Made by a program: the position numbers and the translations under genes. A DNA stretch of 64,000 bases, taken from contig JASVEC010000001.1 of the NCBI GenBank assembly GCA_030770535.1, positions 868,001 through 932,000 on the forward strand, given 5' to 3'. The stretch is from Batkoa obscura. Taxonomy: Eukaryota. Numbering within the stretch: position 1 is the first letter of the stretch; every line of letters begins with the position of its first letter. Shown in pieces: positions 52,250 through 62,527 of this stretch. Below the pieces are notes generated by a model that was not told the DNA's origin, did not search any database, and saw only the letters and a program-made list of their open reading frames with translations.

Positions 52250-52716
52250 TGTGAAAGTTGATACTCAGTGGTCGGAGTTAAAAGCTACTCTTGCTTAATT
52301 AACTTGCCTTGAGTCGAACGGTCTTACTTTATATAACTAAGATAGACTTAACTAATAGAAATAATACGTATAAGCTACGAATTATGTAAAACAAATATAA
52401 TAGAAGATACTACTATAAAATCTATGTAAGATGTCGTCAAAAAGACTTAGTGACTTTATTAATGATACGTTATCAGTGAGTAATTCAATTAAAAAAGCCT
52501 CGAGTTAGTATGTTGAAGAATCTCTTTTATACTCCAACTTGGTGGCTATATGTAAGGGGCGGCAATAATAGTTCTTCCTTATTATAGCTGCCAAGTATGG
52601 ACATTAAACTCTTCATGGCTAGATGGTAGAAATTCTCACAACAAATCTATATAAGGAACTCTGGATTGATTATTATATTATAATCAATCCTATAGCTAAT
52701 GAACCGATATTTCACA
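52250..52716 (-). mobile_element. Solo LTR, copy 6 (identical to copy 5)
   Basis: 467-bp exact reverse complement (by eye) of 50875-51341; near-TSD AAAC/AAGC. Confidence 0.88.
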
Positions 52717-52866
52717 AAGCCAAAAAAAGTGATATAATTTTAACTAAAGTCATAAAGTTTATAAAAAATTAAAAAATTAAAAAATCAACCTCAGTTTATT
52801 TTACGAAAATAACAGAAAACTCAAAAGTTTTAATATGTGCTAAACAAGTAAGTAGCTTGTTAAATA

Positions 52867-53393
52867 ATAGAAATCAATTGAGGGTGTTTTTTTGGTTTCA
52901 TCACTTTTTTGATTTTTTAAGCCCTATTTGAGCGGAAAGACTATCAATAAAAGTATTAAACAGAAAAATATATCCTCAATTGTTAAATGTTAATGTTATT
53001 TAAAGTATTAATAGCTAAGTTAATAAATGATTAAAAAGCAAATAGTTATATTAACATATAAATATCATTATTATATTGCTTGTATTATATAAAAATAGTT
53101 AATTATAGTTTTAAGGCTAACCACTCCCTTTTATGCAGCTATTTATTAACTTAGTGATATATGGGGATGTAATTATAACATTAAAATTATCTACTTATTT
53201 GATAGCAAATCTGCAATATTGGCTATAAAACAGTCAGTAGTAAATATTTTTCAATAAAGTTTTAAAGGAATATGTATTTATTTATATATTACAACTTTAA
53301 TTAATATTAATATGTAAGTTATATTAGTAAAAGCCTTACTAATCCGGGAATTTGTATTAAGTTTAATACAAATTCTGTTAACACAATATAAAT
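52867..53393. repeat. Right arm of the 527-bp inverted repeat; contains MITE family A copy 15 (52880-52977) and part of the larger element (53163-53529)
   Basis: Reverse complement of 43853-44379. Confidence 0.9.
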
Positions 53394-54008
53394 ATAAAAT
53401 AATTTAAAACTGTGTTGGGTACTTTTAGTTTTTAATAAAGAATTTATTTTTATAGAATTTTAAGCAAAGTTTTTAAATGTAAAATTTTTAAAAATTGGAC
53501 AAAAAAATAAAACCAATTTGGACATCCTTATAAGAATTTCTACTTTTTAATTGCAAAAAACAATATTTTGATATTTATATTTAATAGTTATAATAAAGAA
53601 TTACAACTGTCATCATGCTTTTAGTATATGGCACTTTAATGCAAAGTATAAGACTTTTTTTTAACTATAATAGCTTTTTTCCCTGAATTTTATTGTATTT
53701 AGTTTTAATAAACCTATTTTGTTTTTTAAGTGGATTATTTTTTATTGATTTTTTATATAATTTGTTGTTAGTATAAATTATTTTTAACAGTACACTTTTT
53801 CAATATAAGCAAATATTCATGTAAAGCCTACTCGAAATTTTATTTATAAATAAATTTTATTCAGAAAAATAGAAAAAATATGACGTAATTCGACAAAATG
53901 AAGCAGCTATAAGAACAAAATACATTAAGAATGCTTCAATTAAGATAAAAAACAATACACAAACAATCATGTTTTTTGAAAATAATAAAAATAATAAAAA
54001 TAATAAAA

Positions 54009-54432
54009 ATGCCGGAACTACTACTAAATTATAATGAAATAAATCAAGAAGTAAAAAATAAAAAGGGATTCCGAATATTAAATAGTGAAAACGAGTGATG
54101 TTTAGTAGCAATTGATAGAAAGGGATAAAATAACTTATAAATTTTACATGGAAAATAATAGCAATTATTATTATTTAGTGAACGTAAATAGTGAAAACTT
54201 GTTAAGTATCACTAAAGAGGATATTACGAGTAATGTACTAAAGTTAACTATTTGGAATTATAAAGAAAAAGAAAACAACAGCTATAATATAATGGTAGTA
54301 ACAATGAATAAAACAGTCAATTTGGTATTAACTGATCATGATGAAAACCAGCCTAGATACGTCTTAAATGACACATTTGGGTGCGTTGAGACTATAGTTT
54401 TAAATTCATCATCTAAAGACAAAGCATTAGTT
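54009..54432 (+). pseudogene. Truncated pseudogene of gene Y (61658-62332)
   Basis: MPELLLNYNEINQEVKNKK..SENE*CLVA../YKFY..NYKEKENNSYN..MNKTVNLVLTDHD..SSSKDKALV aligns to gene Y; it has a premature stop and a frameshift, and the 3' third is lost. Confidence 0.88.
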
Positions 54433-54948
54433 AGTTCTCAATTTACTAATTGTTACTATTTCGTTTTTTAAAATAGATTAAAGAGTAGTTACATACTGCC
54501 GATTTTAAATACCAGGCCTAACATATGACTCAAGCGTGTAACTTTTAGGCCAAAAGTCCCAAATTTTATTAATTTAGCTGAACAATGGTTATGAATTATA
54601 GATGTATATAATGCAAAGAATAATGTTTTATATTTTAAAATACAATGGTGATTCATTGTTTTATATTTTGTAATATTTATTGAGATGGGATAGCCTGAAG
54701 TTTTCTATTATTATGTAATGCGTCAGAATGCTTGAAAATTCTTTTTTTACACTTTAGTTGTATTATTATGAAATTACAATGTTTAATTGCTATTTTTTAA
54801 TGTTAGTAATTTGAGTTCTTAATCCTAAGTTCGAATTTTTTACTCCATTTTTACCACTAATCAACATCATCATTTTAAAGCTATTAGAATTTTTAAAAAT
54901 TTGAAACTTGAAATGACCGTTTTCTCTTCAATTATCAAAAAAAAACAA

Positions 54949-56893
54949 ATGGATTCAACAATAGTAATAAGAGAGAGTCAAAGAGATAATATAGAATTAG
55001 AGAATAAAGGGGCGGAAGGTAAGATTGGATTAATTCAATAATTAAGTTTAAAATGTTACTTTTTTATTAATAAAAATAAATAGATGTTTTAGTATTAGAA
55101 TTGTTAAGAAATGTCATCAAGCATTAACGAGTAGAATTAGTTATGAGATACCTACTAAAGGGGCTGAATTGGAAGATTTTTCGATAGAAGAAGTAAAAGG
55201 AAATGAATTCTAGTTTATGTTATAATAATTTTAATAGTGGAATTGATAAGGGATTAACAGAACGTTGACCCGAATGTAAAGATTTGGATGTATCTTCAGA
55301 GAGAGTGATGTGGCTTTGGTTGTTAACAGAAAACAATCACTGGAGGGTGTAAGCTTTTTGATTTAATATATCTAAATCAATAATTTATTGTTTTATTTTT
55401 ATAGTTAGTCAAAGAAGCGATCGAATTAAGTGAAATTATCGATTGAAAACCAAGAATTCGTAGCGACATACCAAAATGATTAAAAAGAAACTTAAACTGA
55501 AAGCAAAGCCTGGTCTTATTGATATCAATGTAATAATGTTTATGTTTTCATTTTTCGTTCTTCTAATGTGTCTAGATGGATTTAAAATCTAGTAAAATTG
55601 AAGTTAACCAAATGACTGCAGTTGAAGCTAAAGTGGCTAAAGTTAATGAAGAGAAAAAAACGAGTAAAGTTAGTGAAGAAAAGAAATTACCAATAGTGAA
55701 TTATAGAAACAATTTTCTATATATGTATCAGTAGCCATTCAATTTATAGCATACGATTAATAACAAAGGATTTTTTATAGCTAAAAAAGACAGCCGATTC
55801 AAATGATAATAATGAAAGTAGTTTTAAGTGTTATTTATTTTTGGAATTGTTTGTTGATACATTTTATTAATTTAGAAAATATCCAATTATCGATTACTCC
55901 GGATTAAGGAAAATACTTTCATCCATTTTGTGTTAAATAGGGGGTTTATATTGTTATATGGGTTTTTTATAATAGTAATGACGACAAACTAGATTTATTC
56001 AATAGAGTTAATAGCTATAGAATGAAGTCAAGTAGAATCATGAGGAAGTAGCTATGAAATAATGAATTATTAAAAGAAATATAGAACAAATTAAAAGATG
56101 AAATAAATAAATATCAAAAAATAAAAAAGAATATTTAAATGATATGAAAAATACGGGTCCAATAAGCTCTGAAGATGGTTTGAGTATTATTATGTTATAA
56201 ACAGAAACTAAAGGCTATAAACCAAAATTATTAATGTTTCGTGAAAATATTCGGCCACCTTTTTTTTGGTAAATAGAAAAGTTAGTAACTAAAGAATAAA
56301 TTTAAAAATCAAGTTTTAAATGAAGTCTTTGCCTACCTCAAAGTAACGAAGTAGAACCACCTAGTTTTAAAAATAAGGATGAAATAATATTACATTATGA
56401 ATTTGATTCTGAATTGGCATGGTAAGAAGAAAATGGAGATGGTGAATTATCAGATGATTCAGAAGAAGAAGTGTATATTGATAGGAAAAGAGAGAAGATG
56501 AGTAGGAATTTCAACTTTACTTTCCAGTAATTTTAGTTAGTCATGATTTTTCTGTTATTTTAGATATTGGTAATAAGGCAAAGGTAAGTCATTGAATAAT
56601 TTTGTTTCAATAGTATTTATTTTAATCTCTTTTAATTATTTAATATAGCGCCATCATCATTTAATTTTAAATCTAGTTTTAGTAAATGTTTACTACTCTT
56701 AAGAAAATAACGAAAACGTTAAAATTAAACAACTATTGCTTTCGAATTTTGCTTATTCAGTAGTGAAAGGTAAGTCTTTTGATTTTAATTTAAATGGTAA
56801 ATGTTGAAAATAATTTTTTTAGATGGAATTAAGTTATCGTTAGATCCTTTTGCGTTGATAAGTAGTAGTATGGGGGTGGAAAGGGGGAAATGA
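54949..56893 (+). pseudogene. CAF-1 subunit A (CAC1/RLF2) pseudogene (right arm)
   Basis: Starts MDSTIVIRE and is collinear with 50243-47289, with stops (YEFDSELAW*EE, IML*TET, VK*GVY), frameshifts and loss of several exons; ends DGIKLSLDPF..ERGK*. Confidence 0.9.
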
Positions 56894-57199
56894 TATGATT
56901 GATAATTAGGATATTTTGAAATCAGAGAGGATCCTTTAGTTATACATAAAAATAAAAAGATATCTCTATTTATTTTGATTTTTTAAAAAGTTGATTTATC
57001 ATGAAAATTGTTAATATCTAGTAAAGATATTTGCCCATTAGGGTTCAAGATTTTAGTAAAAAAGTTTACTTAAACCTATTCCCGTTTTTAATATTTTTTA
57101 AATACGTCACATGTTCAAGTGGCTTTCAGATTTCAATAAAAAATGAATTACGATTTTAGTGTTTTGTTTTTGTTTTTGTTTTTGTTTTTATTAAAAAAA

Positions 57200-58497
57200 A
57201 TGTTTAAAAAATCAGCATGGTAAAGTCACGATGATGACAATAATGATTTAATATTAACAAAATGATTTTAGTTTATTGTTGTTACGTTTAAAAAAAGAGG
57301 TGAAGAAATTTGAAATCTTAATGGTTAAAAGGTAAATTTCTTCATTCCATTTTAGTTTCAGCTAAATAATTCCAATTCGATTCAGATCTAATGTAGGTAG
57401 TTTTAAATCCGCTTATGTATTTCCTGGTAAGTGAATTTTTGTCATTACCCTCATAACTCATCAACTCTAATTTGCCTTTTTAAGGTGGAGGCATTGAAAA
57501 AGTAGATTTATTAACTTCATGGTATGATCTAGATTTGGGACTTCAACTAAAAAAAGATGAGTAAGTTTACAATAGTTAAAATAAAGAGCATTAATAAATC
57601 AAGCTGAATTTTATAAATTAATTAGTTTAACTACTGATTTCTTACCTTATGAATTAGCTGCAGTTCGAGAAACTTTTGAAGAAACTGGTATATTATGTAC
57701 GGAAACAGGAGATACTTCTATTGATACAAAAGTATATGAAATTGAAAGAAAAAAAGTAAGTGAAATATATATATATTAGCATGAAAACTTATACAACTGT
57801 TTGACTCACTTCTTTTTTCTTTTAGGTATTAGCCAACTCTCTCTATTTCCACGACTTGATAAAAACTCAAGCTTTGGGTAAATTAAATTTGACTAATTTA
57901 AAATTTATAGCTTCTTGGTTAACTCCTAAACACTATCCCAAGCGTTTCTTAACCAATTACTACTTCTCCATCCTTACCTCTCCCTCAATTCCTCCAACCT
58001 CGGATAACTTAGAAATTCAAGAAACTCGATGGGTGAATATAGAAGAATTAATAAACTCGTATGAGAATGATAACAAAGATAAGATACTGCTGTTTCCACC
58101 TCAGTATTATTTATTATGCGAATTGAACAAATTCAGCTATGAGGGGCTAATTAATTGGTATCAAAAGTTTCCTAATCATTATGATTATCTTTTAAGAGAT
58201 AGTAATAACCCCGACTTCACTACAACACCTTGGGTTTCTTGCTATTGTCCATTAAGAGTAGGGTCAGAACAGATTGGTGAAGATAGAAGAGAGAAGATGA
58301 GTTTATCTGGGGAAGTCAAACCAGATGAAATGACTCATGGGTTTAACGCTTATTTTAAAAATGGAAATAAAGGCTTAGGGATGGATAATATTAAATTGAT
58401 AAAGAAGGGAATAAAGAATGAATTTAATGGAGTGAAGAATCCATTTTCGTGTTTAAATGAAAATAACATGAGTGGCTCAAATAAAAGTAAACTTTAA
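57200..58497 (+). CDS. Peroxisomal acyl-CoA diphosphatase NUDT19-like Nudix hydrolase (spliced)
   Basis: EILMVKR, AYVFPGG, AAVRETFEETGI (Nudix box), WLTP..PKRFLT, LFPPQYYLLCEL, C-terminal SKL (PTS1). Confidence 0.88.
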
Positions 58498-58774
58498 AAT
58501 AAGATTTAAGATCATTGTTATTACTGTTTACTAATTCAAAGCTTTTCATTAGATACTATATTGTACTTTTAAAGACCTTTATTGAAAATAATTTGGGCAA
58601 ATCATTTTACCTGTTAGAAATTCTTATTGTGACTGCGCTAATGATAAACCAAACAAAGTTTAAAAGTCATCTTTTATATTGTTTTGTCAATATTACGATG
58701 GTAAAAGAATAATACACAAAGTTCAAAACTTTTATTATTTAATCAGTCTGTTATTTCTTATAACTGTAAACAAT

Positions 58775-59327
58775 AGTTTAATGGAAAAGAATTGATCGAT
58801 AATAAGTTTTATGATAAAAAAGATAAAGTTGAAGCGGAATTGTTAGTTATCAGTAAAACATCCAAAAGCATCGAAGCAGAATATGAAGTGACCCCATTAA
58901 CTGCTAATGAAGTGCCTGAATTTGTTAAAGTAGCATCGAAAGTAGTGTATTCAAGTGGTGATGAAATAGCTGAAATCATCAAGAAAGTATCTGATGTAGT
59001 CGAATAATTGATAGTGGAATGCTTGAAGTAGCATATTCAAACTGTGGTGATATTATTAAAGCAGTACCCGAAGTAACTCCTCCATTTAGTAGATCAACTC
59101 AAGAAACCACTGAATCAATGTCTGAAGAGATAAATAACAAAGAAAATTTATCGAAACATAATACTAGTTATAATATTGTATTCAAAGGTTTAATGGATGG
59201 GTTTATTAATAATCCTAATGATTTAACTCAAAAGTCTTATCCTGAAGAAAAAGGAAATGAATATAAGCAGAGAAAACAGATTCAAATGTGCGACCCTTTT
59301 ATTGTTTCAAAAATAACAAAAAGTTAA
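58775..59327 (+). pseudogene. Gene X, right copy (unknown function; interrupted at about 59005)
   Basis: Two adjacent ORFs (58792-59007, 59019-59327) that together align to the left copy; no intron signal at the break. Confidence 0.65.
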
Positions 59328-59426
59328 GAGAAGAAATAATCAGATCAATTAAACAAAAGCTTATTACTTATAAAATTATAATTTCAAATATTGAATTTCG
59401 TTTTTTATTATCATAAAATAAAAACC

Positions 59427-60754
59427 TTAAAAAATTGGAATATAATGATGAATCTTATCTTTTTGTTGTTGAGAAATACATTCAGCAATCCAAACTATAT
59501 TGCGTATCTCTTGCTCCTTTAATTTAAAATAAGCGTAAAATAAGCCATAATGGAATTGTTGTAAAAAGGTATCCTTGTTGAGTTCCACTTCATATTCGAA
59601 AAATCGATCCTCTAATGTTTTTCCTTCGCCATCATTTACTCCTAATCCAGAATCAAATAAATTACGGTATTCCTAAAATAGTTTGAAATTCAGTTACTGT
59701 TGTTATCAATATAGATTTCTAATAAACTTACCACAATAAAATCACAGCTGCCCTTTACTTGATCAAAATCATCTACTTTAGAAAGCTTAGCACTTCCTTC
59801 TGGAAAAAGTCGGCCTAAAGAGGGGAATAATTTGGCACGATCATCTTTGGAAAGTTCAGTACCAAAAGAGTTAATAGTGATATTGATAGTACGTCTATCT
59901 GCCTCAAACTAAATTCGAAAAATGTATTAAAAACTTGAACATAAAAAAGTTTGACAACTTACTTTTAATATTTCACCCATAAGCTCAGCTGTCGCACCAC
60001 CTATTCCTTGACAAAACTCATAAAAGTCTTCCAAATACGCTTTATATAATGTGTTACGAATGATTTCAATATTGAGCTCATCCAAGTCTTGTGCTGATAA
60101 GCAATTACGGAAATAAGGTGCTATAAATTATTGAAAGTTAGCTTATTTGTCATCAATAAATAAAGTATTATTTTACCAAGTGGTGTTTCGACTAACACAG
60201 TATTATATAACTCTGCTACATTAGTAGCAATACATAGCGCTGGCATAGACTCAAAGACACCAATAGGATGACAGCGCTCAATTAGTTCGTTAGTATCACG
60301 TTCGTGTAAAGTACCAGTAATTAATAAGATGACATTGTCAATCATGTAACCGTAACTAAAAAGCGAGTAAAGTTAGAGCAAATCAACAAGAATGACTATT
60401 AGAATTACCTAATATAATCTAAAAACTGCAACAAATCGCCACTAGCTTGAGAGCGAATATACTTGTATTCTTCTACCAGCTTTTCAGTACATTTTTCAGA
60501 GATGGTGGATGTGGCTATGGGTGAAGCTTCATTTTGAATTAAAGTACCATAATCTGTGGCTCCTAGCTGGACTTTGAGATCTTTTAAATTCAATAATTTA
60601 ATTTTTGTTTTTATTTTAAATTTATTAGTTTACCTTCTAAATTCTCACATTGAGTTAAATTCATATAGTTAGAATTGCTAATTATATTGGAACGATAACC
60701 GCGTATTATGGCTTCTAAATAACCATCATTAATATTGAACATACAACCTTCCAT
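59427..60754 (-). CDS. VMA6: V-ATPase V0 subunit d, right copy (identical to the left copy)
   Basis: Exact reverse complement of 41527-42854. Confidence 0.97.
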
Positions 60755-60984
60755 TTTTCATGTTTTCTTTTAGTTGAATGTCGTCTTAAAAAGAGTTTAG
60801 TTGAAAGCGAGTAAAAATATAATATTTAAATTCTGACTTCCTCATATTTAGTTTATTGATACCACTCTTTTATTTCACTTCTTGTTGTTTAGCACAATTT
60901 TAGTCCAGAATATTTTATGTTACTTTTTTTTTAAAATTCAAAGACTGAAGGGCTTTATGTTTACTAGCTTAAAAAATACAACTA

Positions 60985-61400
60985 AGAAGTAGGATTAAAG
61001 AGAGATAGAGTCAAATAGAGGGCGATATTTACAGAAGTTGGGGAAAGACTCCATTATTTTCCGATTAAAACCTGCCATGAAGGTGGGAACCAATGATTTG
61101 ATTGTATCCTGTCTGTTGTGAGCGAGTCTAGCAATGGAAAATCTGAGTTCAGTATAAATGTGACTCAGGCAACCGGAGTAGAGGTTTCATGGGAATAGGA
61201 GAAATAGGATGAAACATTAGGCTAGTGTGAGAAGAGGAGTTGAAGAGAAAAATGGAACAAACTACTGCTGAATAGGGTTTTTTTTACAATAAGGTTTGTT
61301 TTTCATAAGAGGCAAAAGGATGTTAAATTGAGTAAGTTGAGGAGGTAAAGACTGAAAGAATGAACTCCAGGTGGAGATCTAAAGGGCAGTGGCGAAAAGA
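60985..61400 (-). mobile_element. Possible degenerate 3' end of a non-LTR retrotransposon
   Basis: GC-richer, strand-skewed tract; frame-shifted minus translation ...KPYCKK..SSLFHFLFNS... resembles a decayed LINE C-terminal Zn finger. Confidence 0.3.
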
Positions 61401-61657
61401 TATAAGACAAACCTGTGTGTAAAAGTTTCGTTTTATGCTAATAACTAAATTGCTTAAAAAACCCGTTTTTCATTAAACATCTTATAAATTTACTAATAAA
61501 CGAAATAGACTGTAATTTAAATAATATAGTATCTCAAATTAGATGTGAATTATAAGCATTTTTAAAATCAACATTTTAAAATAGATTCGTTATTCAAAGG
61601 TACTAAAACGATCAAGAAAAAAAGAAAATTATTAAAAGGCCTCATATTTATTTATAT

Positions 61658-62332
61658 TCAAAATCTCAATAAGTTTATGTTGTCCCCAAACAAATAATGG
61701 TCCTTCTTTACAGACTCGATATCACTTTTTAATTTAAGCTTACTACTCTGCTTATCCTTTAATTTCTGTTTGACAATGGAATTAGCTCTCATTAATAACA
61801 ATCCCATGAACAATCTTTCCAAAAGGGGAATAAAATCAAAATTAAACTTTACTTTAGCAATTTTATTTACATCTAATTTAATAATTTTAGTATTAAACTC
61901 AACCAATGCTTTGTCTTTTGATGACGATGTTGAGTTTAAAGCTACAACCTCAGCACCTTCTTTTGTATCATTTAAAATGTATTCAAATTGGTTGTCATCA
62001 TGGTCAGTTAATACTAAATTGACTGTTTTATTCATAATTACTACCATTGAGTTGTAACTATTATTCTCTTTTTCTTTGTAATTACAGATAATTAATTTAG
62101 GCTCATTACTCATAATATCCCCTTTAGTGAAACTTAACAAGTTATCATTATTCACATCTTTTAAGTAATATTCATTACCATTGTTTTGAGTATAGAATTT
62201 ATATCTAATTTCATTAGTTCCTTCATCCTTGGCTACTAAATATTGATCATTCTCATTATAATGAATCACATACTTTTTTTTCTTTTTCATTTCTTGGTTT
62301 ATTTCATTATACTCTGGTGGTAATTCTGACAT
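61658..62332 (-). CDS. Gene Y: uncharacterised protein with N-terminal LPPEY (PPxY) motif, 224 aa
   Basis: Intact intronless ORF, supported by a decayed paralogue at 54009; beta-rich core and terminal hydrophobic helix LLERLFMGLLLM. Confidence 0.75.
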   Translation of the reverse strand: MSELPPEYNEINQEMKKKKKYVIHYNENDQYLVAKDEGTNEIRYKFYTQNNGNEYYLKDVNNDNLLSFTKGDIMSNEPKLIICNYKEKENNSYNSMVVIMNKTVNLVLTDHDDNQFEYILNDTKEGAEVVALNSTSSSKDKALVEFNTKIIKLDVNKIAKVKFNFDFIPLLERLFMGLLLMRANSIVKQKLKDKQSSKLKLKSDIESVKKDHYLFGDNINLLRF

Positions 62333-62527
62333 TGTTTTAATTTTTTTGTGAAAAATTAGTTGCTTATATATTATTTGATTGCAAGCTACTTTTATTTACT
62401 TCATTCTAAAATGCTTATATTATTTTGTTACAAAAACACATTTATTTCTATTTAGAATAATAGGAATCTTTCATAAACATAACCTTTTTATAAGTAGAAT
62501 CTTCGGATAAAATTTATATTAGCATTT

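Noticed and set aside
54949..56893. Stop-codon readthrough or an alternative genetic code rescuing the second CAC1 copy
   Set aside because: It also has frameshifts and deleted exons, and all other genes use TAA/TAG/TGA as normal stops.
42881..59400. Classical mating-type locus inside the VMA6 inverted repeat
   Set aside because: No HMG-box, homeodomain, alpha-box, pheromone or receptor gene is recognisable; only the architecture is analogous.
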